From the NCBI GenBank assembly GCA_904063045.1, contig CAJFCJ010000100.1:47228-89611 (forward strand): DNA of 42,384 nt, read 5' to 3'. Below, one piece after another: positions 1 through 12,589 of this stretch (positions are counted from its first letter, which is position 1; each line of letters starts with the position of its first letter). The notes below the pieces were generated by a model. It had not been told where the DNA came from. It made no database searches and saw only the letters and a list, made by a program, of their open reading frames with translations. This DNA is from Dimorphilus gyrociliatus. Its lineage: Eukaryota; Animalia; Annelida. A program made the position numbers and the translations under genes.

Positions 1-3000
1 AACAATCCTCTAAACACAGTAATCTTAATTTGAAACAATTATTTTTAATATTTTCAAATATTGATTTTCCAACTTTTGAACCAAAATGATTGTGTTGTAA
101 ATTGATTTCTTCAAGATTTTTATTAACACCAATTGCTTTACCAACAACATTTCCAATATCTTTAAAATTGCAATAAGACAAATGAAGGAGTGTTAAGTGA
201 TGACAAGACTTTTTTATATTTAAAAATATTGATTTTCCAATTTTATTTCCAAAATTATTTTTGTCTAAAATCAAAATATCAAGATTTGAATTATTTCCAA
301 TTGCTTTTCCAATAGTAACACTAATTTCCTCGTTCAAATGACAATCTGATAGAGTGAGTTCTTTCAAATTAGAACATTTCTTTGCTATGTTCTTAAATAT
401 CGATTTTCCAACCACAGAACCCAGATTATTTTCTTGTAGATTAAGGTTTTGAAGATTTGGATTAACTCCAATTGCCGAACCAATTATAGGTCCAGTACTT
501 TCATCAAAATTACAATTATCTAACAACAGATCTGTTACACAGAAACAGTGTTTTTTTATATTGAAAAAAATTGACTTTCCCACTTCCGGTCCAAAATTAT
601 TCCTTTGTAAATTGATTTGCTCCAAAAAAGGATTTGCTCCAATTGCTTCACCAATTATAGGTCCAATACTTTCATCAAAACCACATTCTGATAAATAAAG
701 TTCTGTTAAATTTGAACAATTTTCTTTGATATTTTCAAATATTGATTTTCCTACTTCCGGTCCAAAAGGATTATCTTGTAAATTTAGCTGTTGAAGATTT
801 GAATTTACACCGATTGCCTGTCCAACAACAAGTCCAGTATTTTTATTGAAATCGCATTCCGATAAATAAAGTTTTATTAAATTCGAACAGTTTTCTTTAA
901 TATTTTGAAATATTGATTTTCCAACTTCCGGTCCGAAAGGATTATATTGCAAGTTCACATTTTCTAAATTTGGATTAGCACCTATTGCCTCTCCAACAAC
1001 GAGTCCAGTATTTTCATTAAAACCACATTCGGATAAAAAGAGTACTGTTAAATTACAGCAATTCTGTTTGATATTTTGAAATATTGATTTTCCAACTTCC
1101 GGTCCAAAAGGATTCATTTGCAAGTTAATATTTTCCAAATTTGAATTAGCTCCAATTGCTTTTCCAACAATAGGCCCAATTTTATGATTAAAACAACATT
1201 CAGACAAATGTAATTCTTTCAAGTTCCTTAAATAGTTTTTTATATTTCGAAATATTGAATTCCCAACTTTCGACCCAAAATTATTCTTTTTTAAATAGAG
1301 CTTTTCCAAATGTTTATTTAAGCCTATAGCATCTCCAACAACAGTTCCAATTCTTTCATCAAATTTGCAATCAATTAAATAGAGTTCTGTTAAGTTGGAG
1401 CAGTAATCTTTTATGTTTTGAAATATTGATTTTCCAACCTCAGATCCCAAGTCATTGCCCTGCAAATTAAGTATTTGAAGAGAAGAATTTCTACCAATTG
1501 CCTCTCCAACAATTATTCCCATATTTTCATTAAAACAACATTCAGACAAATTGAGTTCTATTAAATTTTTAGAATGATTTCTAATATTTTCAAATATTGA
1601 TTTTCCAACTTTTGTTCCAAGGTCATTTTTTTGTAAATTAATCTTCTGAAGACGAGGATTAGAAGCGATTGCCTCGCCAATAATCATTTTCAAATCTTTG
1701 TTAAAGTTGCACTGAGATAGACGTATCTCTGTAATATTACAACAATTCTCTTTTATATTTAGAAATATTGATTTTCCAACTTCCGGTCCGAAATTATTTA
1801 ATTCTAAATTCATTAGTTCCAATTGGGGATTTTTTCCTATTGCTTCGCCAACGACTGATCCTATTTCTTCATCAAAGGAACATTCGGATAAAAAGAGTTC
1901 TTTTAGGTGGACACAATTCTCTTTAATATTTTCAAATATTGCTTTACCAACTTTTGACCCAAATATATTTAATTCTAAATTGAGCTGTTGAATATTTGGA
2001 TTAGCTCCAATGGCTTCACCAACTGTTGACCCTATTTCCTCGTCAAAACCACATTCGGATAAATAGAGTTCTTTTACGTTGTGGCAATTTTGTTTTATAT
2101 TATCAAAGATTGATTTTCCAATTTTAGAACCAAAATAATTCATTTGTAAATTTAAGTGTTCAAGTTTAGGATTAGCGCCAATAGCTTCACCAATTATAGG
2201 CCCAATTTCTTCATCAAAACAACATTCGGATAAATAGAGTACTAATAGATTGTGACAATTTTCTTTTATATTCTTGAATATTGATTCCCCAACTTCTGAC
2301 CCGAAATAGTTTAGTTGTAAAATGAGATATTCAAGCTTTGGATTAACGCCAACTGCCTCGCCAACTATAGGCCCAATTTCAAAATTGAAACAACATTCCG
2401 ATAAACACAATTCTTTTAAATTAAAACAATGCATTTTTATATTCTTAAATATTGATTTTCCAACTTCCGGTCCAAAGTTATTTTTTCGTAAATGAAGTAC
2501 TTCAAGGTTTGGATTAGCGCCGATTGCTTTGCCAACAATTGGTCCAATGGTTTCGTCAAATGAACATTCGGATAAACACAATTCCTTCAAGCTAAAACAA
2601 AACATTTTTATATTTCGAAATATTAAGTTTCCAACTTTTGGTCCAAAACAATTTTGTTCTAATTTGATTTGTTGTAGATGAGGATTAGCTGCAATAGCTT
2701 GATCAATCAGGGATCCAACATTCTCATCCAAGCAACATTCCGATAAATTGATTTCTTTCAACTTGGAACAATTCTTTCGAATATTTTTAAAAATCGATTT
2801 ACCTACTTCGGGTCCAAGAGGATTTCCTTCTAATAGGATCAGTTCCAAATTTGGATTGTTAGCAATCGCTTCTCCAACAACTGATCCAATTTTCTCGTCG
2901 AAACAACATTTACATAAATCGAGTTCTTTTAGATTGGAACAATGATTTTTAATATTTTGGAAAATTGAAATTCCAACATCTGACCCAAAATTATTACACT

Positions 3001-6000
3001 CTAAATGAATATTTTCAAGGTATGGATTAACGGCAATTACTTCTCCAGCTGTTAATTCGATTTCTCTACCAAATCCGCATTCAGATAGAGTGATATTCGT
3101 CAAGCCAAAACAATGATCCCTAAGACTTTTAAATATTGACTTTCCAACTTCCGGTCCAAAATTATTCCTTTCTAGAGTGATAAATTCAAGTTTTGGATTA
3201 ACAGCAATTGCTTCACCGACTAAAGATCCAATTTTTGCGTTAAAACCGCAATGAGATAGAAGAAGAATTTTAATTTTGAAACAGTATTTCTTTATATTGC
3301 GAAATATTGATTTTCCAACTTCTGATCCAAAATCATTTGCTTGTAAATTAATATGTTCAAGCTGGGGATTAGCACCAATCGCTTTTCCAACTGAATAGCC
3401 AATGTCTTCGTTAAAGCCGCATTCGGATAAACATAAGAAAGTCAGTTTTGAGCAGTGTTGCTTTATATTTTGAAATATTGATTTTCCAACTTTTGTTCCT
3501 AGATTGTTTAGTTGTAAATTAAGTTGTTGGAGAAGTTTATTGGCAGCAATGGCTTCACTAATTGCAGTTCCAATCTTTTCGTTCAAACCGCACTCAGATA
3601 AGGCGAGTTCTCGTAGATTTGAGCAGTGTTCTTTAATATTTTTAAATATAGATTTACCAACTTCCGGACCTAAGTGATTCTTTTGTAAATTCAACTGTTG
3701 AAGATGAGGATTAGCTCCAATTGCCTCTCCAATTACTGGTCCAATATCTTGATTGAAATTACATTCAGAAAGATAGAGTACTGTTAAATTGGAGCAATTA
3801 GCTTTAATATTTTGAAAAATTGATTTTCCAACTTCCGGTCCAAAATTATTGTTTTGTAAATTGATATGTTCAATTCTGGAATTTGAACCAATGGCTTCAC
3901 CAACAACACTTCCAATATCTTCCTTAAAATTGCAGTCGGAAAGATAGAGATGAATGATGTTGGAACATTTATCTTTTATATTTTGAAAGATTGATCTTCC
4001 AATTCGGGATCCAAACTTATTCTTTTGTAAATTGATATAATCTAATTGAGGATTGGAGCCAATTGCTTCTCCAACTATACAACCAATACTTTCATCAAAA
4101 TGACAACTGGATAAATAAAGTACTGACAAATTAGAGCAGTTATCTCTAATATTTTTAAATATTAATTTTCCAACTTCCGGTCCAAAATTATTTTCTTGTA
4201 AATTGAGATGTCGTAGATTAGAATTTTCTCCAATTGCTTCGGCAATTATAGATCCAATATCTTTTGTAAAATCACATTGAGACATATACAATGATTTCAA
4301 ATTGAAATCTCCATCTTTTATTTCACGAAAGATTTGTTGTCCACAATCCGGGCCAATTCTATTATATTGTAAATTAATATGTTCAAGATGAATATTTGAG
4401 GTTAATATTTTCAAAATATTCAATTGTTTTTCACTATTAAACTTGATGTTTGTTATTTGAATTGTTTTCAATTTTGTACAATTAAATGAAATAGTTTCCA
4501 GAAGATTTTGTTGCAGAGTCTCTTCAATATTATTATTCTTTAGGACAATCTTCTGCAAATGTTTATTTGTAAACAGCTTTATTATAGATTCAAGAATAGA
4601 CTTTTGAAGTTGTTGCGCAATTTTCTCCATCTCTTTACCTTTCATCTTATCTGTTCCATTCGTAATGTTGAATGGAATGATATTTTCTAGGGATATATCC
4701 TTAAATTTTCTCTTCTCGGCTAAACATTCTAACAAATCTCTCAATTTTTCAAGATGGCCCATGGAAAATTCCATAACTTTACTAAACGATATTATTAAAC
4801 TATTAAAATGATTTTGACACTCTAACAGTTCTATGGTTTTTATGAAGATGACGTCATCAAAAATATTTTCATCTATTTTTAAATTTCTAATTGTAATGTT
4901 CATATTTTTTACAATTTCCAATTTACAAAGCATATCGATCTTTACTGAATTTCCTATAACGATAGTTTGATTTGTTATGACGTCACTTAAATCTTGAATG
5001 ATGTCTTTTATCAATAAAAGATTCAATGATTCAGAATTTAATTGTTTAATTAAACATTCAGCCTCTAATTTAATCTTTCTCTCTTCATAATCTGTTGAAT
5101 TGAACAATTGCAATTCTGATATTTCATTAACAGATTTCGCTATTTCAATGAGATCTTTAATTTTGAATTGGCAATTGTAAAAGTAAATTTTTTTCAGATT
5201 TTTTCTCTTCAAGTTCGAAAGATATTTAAAGAATTTTATTGCAACAACTCCTCGGAAGTTATTCTTTGATAAATCAATGATTTCAAGGAAATCTAACGAA
5301 TTGAATCCTTTGGTTAAATTCATCAAAAATTTACTATCTAAATTACAATTATTCAAAAACAATTCAGTTAAAACATTCATTTCCATTGATTTGAAAAATA
5401 CATTTGTAAAATTGCCATTCAAGTCATTATGCGAAAAATTCATCGATTCAAGATTTTTAAACAATTGTTGATTTTTGAATATTTCATCATTTAAATTACA
5501 TTGTGAAAAGTTTAATTTAATCTTTTTACTTCTTTGCTGACTTAATTGGTTTAGTATTTGCTGAGCAGTAGCAACTTTAACACTATTTTCATTATACCGC
5601 AATTTAGATAATTCCTTTAATTTAGTAATTCTACCGCAAAGATAATTTGCGGTTTCTTCTGTACATTTGCAGTCGGTTAATAATAGAGTAATTAAATCCA
5701 CTGAATTATTTAGTATTTCCATTAAAGTTTTAAATATTAATTGATTACTGACGTCATTGTGTGTAAATGCTAGTGATTTTAGTTTCAAATTTACCTTTTG
5801 CCAATCAAAGTTTACTTCTTCACCTTTGAATTTGATTTTAGGAAGTTTTATAATCTCTATTGACTCCTTTACCAAAAGACTCTTGATAAAGAGACAATCA
5901 ACAGATTCAGTTACTGTATTCTTCAATAATTCCAATACTCTTAAATATAAGCACGTGTTAAGTAACATCACTAAATCTTCGGCTGAAAAGCATAAATTAC

Positions 6001-8344
6001 AATAATTAAGCTTTAATACTTCAAGATTATGAAGATTATTTATAATAATAGAAGTTATTTCCTTCCAGATTCATTTTTGAAGATTGAATGGCAAAGGCAT
6101 AATTCAGTTAACTCTCTAAAACGTTCCAATAAAATTAGAGACGCTTTGTCGAAAACGATTCCATCACATTTTGACAGTTTTATTTTTTGAATATTTTTGG
6201 AAAGTATCATTTTCAACAGTATCTCAATATCATTTTCGGTTGAATCTGTTCAAAAAAAAATGAATAGATTACAAACAAGCAAAACAAACTAATACAAACA
6301 TTTTACCTTTTATTACATTTTTGGAAAAATTAATTTCACTTAAATTATTACATTCAATTTGAGTATCGTTGGAAAGAAATAATGATAAAAAATTGGAATT
6401 TTTCACTGTCAGATGCCTGAGAGGTTTCGATTCAAACTGTATTAACGATTGGTTATCATTTTTGAATAGAATGTTGGAAAAATTTAAATAATTTAGTTTG
6501 TTAAAATTGTTGAAAATAATTTGAAAATATTCAACATTCACCGAATTTTTTACTCCACCAGTTATGATTAATTTTTGAAGACAATTGTTCAAACTAACTT
6601 GAATTGTGCTAATAAAATCTTCAAATATTATATTGACCTGAGTAAACTCTATCATAGTAATATTGCTAGACGTATACTCAATTATAAAACTGAGCCACGA
6701 CTTTGGTAGTCGAGTAGCATTTAGACGAAGAAATGGATTTGCATAGTTATAATTTTGTAGAAGGTCAAGGACATTTCTATCCATATCCAATTTGCCTATA
6801 ATATGTTTATTGCTTTTCATAATTAATGAAAAAATTATATTATCCATCTCTTGGAGAAACGTAAAGACATTTTGCATAATAATGATATTTTTTGAATTTT
6901 TTAATGCTTCGTTGATGGCTGATTTATGAATATCGAAATTGGACTTATATTTGTAAAGAATATGGAGAGCTGTTAAATATTCTTGGAATGAAGAATGAAT
7001 AAATTTTAATAGTTGATTACTTTCTGAAGGAATTAGAATACCACCAAAATATTTAGACTCTTCCACAAAATGCGTCTTTTTTATTGGTTGATTGAAAAAG
7101 AGATTTTGATAGGCTGCTTCTGAACAGTAGCTTAGTAGCTCTTCCTGTTGATCAATATTTAATCTATTCTTTTTGAATAGTATTTGAATAAATTCCCTGT
7201 AGATGTCATTTAATTTTAAACCTTTCATCTCTGATCTCTTCTCTTCCCAAATCACTGCAATTAATGTTGCGAAAAGAGGATTATGGCAAGTTTGAAAGAG
7301 AAAATCTCCTTCAGCTTTCAAAAAGTCCATTAATTCTTCAGATTTGAAACTTTTCAAAATTACTTCATCCGCTTTGCAGTATGAACTGTCTTTTGATTCA
7401 TTTTTTAAATCTTCCAGACTCTCTTCCCTGAAGAAATTCTGTAAAAATTGTTTTAGAATATTATCATCAAACTCTGGAATTTCAAAGATAAAATCGTAAG
7501 TTTCTCTAATATCTTGAACTTTAGATTTTCTTGACCAAACTATGATTGGAAAATCTATGAATCCTTTAAAAGATAGAATTTTATTCAATTCAGTATCTTC
7601 AAGCCTTAGTTCATCAGCGCCGTCGAAGAGTAGGATAATCTTTCTCTTAGGATTTCTACAATCTTTTGACAAGTAATAGTCAAAAAGTTGTCTAGATATT
7701 CGTGTATCATATTTAACATTCTGTGAGAATAGTTCATCGTGAAAACTGGTATAGTGGCTTATTTCATTCAATCTAGTGAATATAAGTGTGGAGTCTTGAA
7801 GAAAATTATCCTCAGTTGCCCACATGTATAAAATTCTCATGAAATGATGAGTCTTTCCTATACCAGCGTTACCCTGAATAAGAATTCTGTCCTGTTTATT
7901 ACCAATTACCTTAACAAATTCAAGGTCTTCATATGTATGACTCTTATCATATCTTTCCTTCCTGGAAATGAGACAAACTGGTATAGTATAATCTTTAAAA
8001 TTCACAAATTTTCTTTTTTCAGCCAAGAATGAATATTGAAGAATTGTTTCAAATTCTTTTTTGACTAGCTTTTTTATCTCGTGTTGAAAACATTCCCAAC
8101 AATTTTCAATTGCTTTTAAAAGACATTCACTTTCATAAGAAGTTTCATGTTCTTTTAATAGTTTTATAAATATTTCAGTTGGTAATTTTGAAACATATCG
8201 TTCAAAGACACAATCAGCTCCATAAACATCTCCAGATTCAGAAATGATGCACTTTTGGTAAAGAAGAACCCGGAAGAGGAAATTATTACTCAAAAATGTT
8301 GTTATAGCATCTCTTTGAAAAATTATCTCTGCATTTTCTTCCAT
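1..8344 (-). CDS. NLR-family immune receptor (CARD-like death fold + NACHT + very long LRR region), 3' end runs off the window, one apparent 1-bp frameshift near 6070
   Basis: Exon 1 (8344-6307) has Walker A ILIQGNAGIGKT, Walker B IILLFDGADEL and FIHSSFQEYLTA. A 61-bp GT-AG intron follows at 6306-6246. Exon 2 reads DSTENDIEILL..., stops at 6057-6055, and continues in a shifted frame (IWKEITSIIINNLHNLEVLKLNY). I spot-checked that frame as open at 5282, 4442, 542-720 and 2-60; the ORF track lists no minus-strand ORF there, consistent with no stop before the window edge. The N-terminus IIFQRDAITTFLSNNFLFRVLLYQKCIIS resembles CARD helices (inference). Confidence 0.92.
61..4380 (-). repeat. Tandem 171-bp coding repeat = 57-aa ribonuclease-inhibitor-type paired LRRs, 26 units
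   Basis: A TTGATTTTCCAAC-like anchor recurs at 229, 400, 571, 742, 913, 1084 and so on to 4333 with exact 171-bp spacing (168 bp to the copy at 61). Example unit: CSNLTELYLSECGFDESIGPIIGEAIGANPFLEQINLQRNNFGPEVGKSIFFNIKKH. Confidence 0.95.
6246..6306 (-). other. 61-bp spliceosomal intron of the NLR gene
   Basis: Minus strand reads AAAAG|GTAAAAT...TTTTTTTTTGAACAG|ATTCA. The phase-1 junction restores a reading frame (G+AT = Asp). Confidence 0.85.
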
Positions 8345-8979
8345 ATTAAATAAATATAAAATGGAATTTTTATCTGCAAAGATAACAAATTGATGAAATA
8401 GATCTACTTAAACGTGTGAATGATTTATCCCAATAAAATAAACACAATCATTCGGAGACATTAAATGGGTAGTTATATAGAAAGCTCATCAAGAATCCAA
8501 AAAATTCTACTTAACAATCAGATATGACGAGTAATAAAATAATATTGATATGACTTAGTATCATATAGATATTCATTACTGGCTGCAATAGGCCTATTCT
8601 AGTAGTTAAAAATTTTTTCAATAAAAAGGAATAAAGAGGAGGGAAGATAGAAGTTTTACCTGATGATAAATTCTACTACATTTCTGTATTGCTCATAGCC
8701 GTTTAAAACTCAAAGAATTATAGCAATCATATTACACTATTTCGAAAAATAGTCTTTAAAAATGATTATAATGAGCACCTGTTGCTTGACAGCTTTCTAC
8801 TATTATGCCATGTAGAGGGCGTTGTAATCATCAGCAATTTATATTGTACATTATTATATTCCTTTTAAAGTGAAGTAGGCTTAAAAACCATATTATATTA
8901 CAGATATTCAGATTAGCAGATGTTAAAGTCCATTTTAAAAAACAAACTGCTTTCACAGTTGGAAGACAAATAATTTTAG

Positions 8980-9578
8980 TGTACAACTTTGGTTATATTT
9001 AACATGGTTGAACTCTATTATTTGATGCAACTTATACATGTACATCTTAAAACCTATGCAAGAAAATGCTATAACATTGGCCAAACATAAGTCTGATTAG
9101 TCAGCTTCAAGGCTCATCTTTAATTACCAATAAAGGTGTGGCCAAGTTATAATTCAATTAACCTTCCTAAATGTTCAACCTTGTAACATCCTGTTACTAA
9201 ACATAAATATGAACTACACATTTCGGCAACTGTAAAGTGATGATTGGATGTCAGAGGCAAACCTCAAAGTATATAAATCCTCACTATTCTCATTTGGCAT
9301 GCAGCTTCCATCTGGACCCAAGGACCTGGGAAAATCATCTGGAAACAACCTCCACTGGAACCATCCATCTACTCCTCAACATTAGAAGACAGTTTGGTAA
9401 TTTGGCAACCTGCTTTTATGAACTATCTACTCTGCTATTGAACTCTCATATTGTTACTTGCTTAAGTATTATTATTGCGAATAAACCATTTTAATTTAAA
9501 CATTTGTTTAAAGGTTCGAGTAGAACCAGTATTGTTACAACTTGCAAATGCATAGATTTTGCCAGCAACAGCAGTACA
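8980..9578 (+). mobile_element. Solo LTR, type A (599 bp)
   Basis: TGTAC...GTACA termini, 4-bp TSD TTAG (8976-8979 and 9579-9582), TATATAAA near 9270, near-identical inverted copy at 23334-23968. Confidence 0.92.
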
Positions 9579-9699
9579 TTAGGCACAGCAGCGCTATGTA
9601 AAATTTATCTAAAAGTTCATTTTGGACGAAATTTACAGTCTTGTTCTGATATTCTGCAATTCCATTCATCTTATTACCTTTGTTTTGGTCAACCTTTCA

Positions 9700-10398
9700 T
9701 GTATAATGTATGAATGCTTTGAAACATGTCACAATTCAGGATTCTTAGCTCAAGATACAATCACCACAACAATCTCATTTATCTAGCTCCATGTGTTAGA
9801 CATTACATTTGAACCAAGCTTTGTGTATTTTCCTGCTGAGGTTGTAGGTAAGTACTGGTCCAAATAGAACCAAACCAGGAGTAAGCCACTTAGAAGAGAG
9901 ATGTAGAATTGATGAAGGATGAATATAGAACCAAACTGTAAGAATAATATAACTGTATTCTAAAGTAATACTAGACCTTTTCACTAAGGGAGTTGATTCA
10001 GGACTGAATGCCTGTTACTGCCTACGCCCTGCTTTTATACAATTCCTTATCAGTTGTTTATGCCTTGGCTGTCAACAACAAGGGTCTAACCCCAGATAAG
10101 GATTGTTCACAACAAACAGGTTCAAGGGTTATCATATTATGCAATAGTGATGTAAACAACAACAACTTTGTGTAGGTTACCCGTCAAGGGTCAATTCTTA
10201 CATCATATTTATGTCAATAAACACTTGTTGTTGTTGTCAACATGTTTGTTATGTAACATCTTATCCTTTGCCTATAAAAGGGGTTGATTCTGGCAGTTGC
10301 ATACCATGTACTCTAGAGGCAACATCTACTTTAACACTTTTACCATATAGTAAGTATCATTTATAAAATATCTATAAACTATAGTTCATAAGTGTACA
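9700..10398 (-). repeat. 3' LTR of Gypsy element 1 (outer boundary near 9700 uncertain)
   Basis: Begins TGTACAC at 10398, just after a polypurine tract (AAGGAGAGAAG, 10411-10401). Contains GTATAAAAG near 10035. Shares TTCTATTTGGACCAGTACTT and CAAAGCTTGG(G)TTCA motifs with the other LTRs in the window. Confidence 0.7.
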
Positions 10399-10533
10399 GA
10401 CTTCTCTCCTTAAAGCATCATTCCACTGATGGTTCAACATTGGCAATAATAACTTGACCTTTCCTGCTACTGACAACTCTTAAGGGTTGGCCTTCCTCAA
10501 TGGATTTGATGTCATTTGTTTTTCTGAATCTGT

Positions 10534-11913
10534 TTAGTATTCTTTGATGTAAGTCCAAATATTTCCTTTGTTATAAAGCTTCTGCCCAGAGTAAGCTTTC
10601 TTCTCTTGATACATCTTTCTGCATTCTTCTTCTGACAATGTAACAATGAATTTTTCAACTCTGTGCTTCTTTGAACCAAAAAAATAATAAGTGTAGAAGT
10701 TCTCTCTCTTCCTCACCATGCATTTTACTGCTTCAACCTCTAAATCAGCTGTGTTTATTTCATAGACATTGGCTAATATTTTGGTCATAGGTTGGTTGTA
10801 TACTTGACATTCAGGTTGATCTGCTAAATCAAATGCTTGCTGTAGTTGCTGTCCATTGCAGTATTGAATAGGAGGTACAAATTCTAAAGTGATGTTAGCA
10901 CCAGTTGTGAATTGGTTTGCCATTGTCAATGGTAGTAGCATAAATATCATCATGATAAGAGGTGTTATCTCTCTAATTGGAAATAACCTTGATGGTTTTC
11001 TCCTATTTTCTGTATCAACATGATTAACTGTCTCATCTCTTGCTTGGTTATTAGCCAATCTTAATCTTGTTGCATGATAATATCTTCTTTTGCCATCTTC
11101 CAATTCCACTTCATACAAACATTTGGTTGCATCTGCAGCTGTTATCTTATATGGTCCATTCCATTTAAAGCTTGGTATCCTTTCCATACTTCTGTGAATA
11201 TCTTCTCTCCTAATATGTACCCAATCATCAACACTATAGGTTGGAGGTTTTCTGGTCAGGGTTTTGTTAATTCTATCCCTGTATTCCTTCTTCTTTATTA
11301 CTGATTTACATAGTGCAGTTGTCCTTAATTTGTCCATGTCTTGCTTTCTATCAAATAAGAATTTGGTTGTTGGCTCAATTCTTGGAATTGTTAGCAATGT
11401 ATCCAACATGTTTTGATTTCTAAGCCCATAAAGTAATTCATGAGGGGTTTTTCCTGTACTTCCAACTGGAATTTGGTTGAGGCAGCTTTGAATAATTGGT
11501 AACTGCTTCACCCAATTAGTATACCCTTCTATTACCAGTAACTTATGTAGTGCTCTTCTTACTTCCAAGTTTCTTCTTTCTATTATGCCATTGCTTTGGC
11601 TATGAAAGGCTGTAGTTTTGATTTTCCTTACACCCAGGGATGTGACAAGCTCAACAAATGTCTCGCTTAGGAAGTTTCTTCCTTGATCAGTTAACACTTC
11701 CTCTGGTAAACCAAAATTAGGAAAATTGTCATAAAACAAGTGTTTTAGTATCTCTTCTGAAGTTTGTCCCTTAAGAGGATACAGATTTGTAAATCTTGAC
11801 ATGTGATCTACAATAACCAAAATGTGCTTGAATGTGTTATGTCCATTAAGAGGTCCAATAATATCTATGGCAATTCTTTGTAGAGGTTCAACAGGATGTG
11901 GTGTTTCTATCAA
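10534..11913 (-). CDS. Integrase core and C-terminus fused in frame to the N-terminal part of env (remnant)
   Basis: The 459-aa ORF runs from the DDE integrase through WNGPYKI into a hydrophobic signal-like segment (ITPLIMMIFMLLPLTMA) and a Cys-containing ectodomain start with no stop codon. Confidence 0.88.
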   Translation of the reverse strand: MIETPHPVEPLQRIAIDIIGPLNGHNTFKHILVIVDHMSRFTNLYPLKGQTSEEILKHLFYDNFPNFGLPEEVLTDQGRNFLSETFVELVTSLGVRKIKTTAFHSQSNGIIERRNLEVRRALHKLLVIEGYTNWVKQLPIIQSCLNQIPVGSTGKTPHELLYGLRNQNMLDTLLTIPRIEPTTKFLFDRKQDMDKLRTTALCKSVIKKKEYRDRINKTLTRKPPTYSVDDWVHIRREDIHRSMERIPSFKWNGPYKITAADATKCLYEVELEDGKRRYYHATRLRLANNQARDETVNHVDTENRRKPSRLFPIREITPLIMMIFMLLPLTMANQFTTGANITLEFVPPIQYCNGQQLQQAFDLADQPECQVYNQPMTKILANVYEINTADLEVEAVKCMVRKRENFYTYYFFGSKKHRVEKFIVTLSEEECRKMYQEKKAYSGQKLYNKGNIWTYIKEY

Positions 11914-12588
11914 TTCATCAATTCATGCCTATGGCTTGGTGCTCTTAGTTGTTCACATACTTCGCACTGATGTAGATGATTTTTAATATTAGTTTTCAAT
12001 TTTGGGTGCCAGAATGCATATTCCCAAGTTCATATAGTGGTATCAATGCCATAATGTCTGAATAAGGGATGCCCATGCATCTGCTCAAATAGCTTTGTTT
12101 GTGATTCAATTGGTAGGATTAGAAGAGGTTGGGTCCCATCCAAGTACCATACCAAGTCATCTCTTATCAGCATCTTTTCCAAATGATCAGCATATTCACC
12201 CATTTCTGCATTTGAAATTTCTAAACCTTCTAATTTATCTACTACTTTCATCAGTTCCAAATCTTTAGCTTGTTCTTGTGGAAAATTCATTGTGATTTCA
12301 GCAGCTTCATTTTCATTGCCATTCGCATTTTTGTCATTACTATCTATATCCTCAAACTCTTCTGCATCTGGGAAATTACATGAAATTATGTCTTTTCTTT
12401 GCATAAGTTGTGTTGCAGACTCTTCAGCCTTCTCTTCCAATAACTCCTTCTTCAATAAATCTTGAAAGCTTACTTGGGGTTTTCCTTCACCAATTCTGGA
12501 TATCCAGTCAGCTCTGTTGTTCCTACCAGGTATGTATATTATCTCAAATTCCATATCCATAAGTGCCATTACCCATTTTACTGGGTGA
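11914..12588 (-). pseudogene. Gypsy pol remnant: RNase H C-terminus, acidic linker and HHCC zinc finger
   Basis: In-frame TGA at 12030, then TWEYAFWHPKLKTNIKNHLHQCEVCEQL. An 8-bp tandem duplication (ATCAATTC, 11909-11924) shifts the frame. Confidence 0.85.
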
Positions 12589-12589
12589 C

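Noticed and set aside
2748-6005. Plus-strand ORFs 2748-2945, 5277-5471 and 5757-6005
   Set aside because: They are antisense shadows of the NLR LRR exon.
8808-8824. CTCF-like GC-rich motifs (CATGTAGAGGGCG here; CAGATGGCGCTG near 42183)
   Set aside because: These are partial matches to a short motif; they cannot be supported without ChIP or conservation data.
9237-9494. 85-aa ORF shared by type A LTR copies (also 23418-23675)
   Set aside because: Conservation is explained by near-identity of recent copies; the older copy (32071-32292) is frameshifted and no domain is recognisable.
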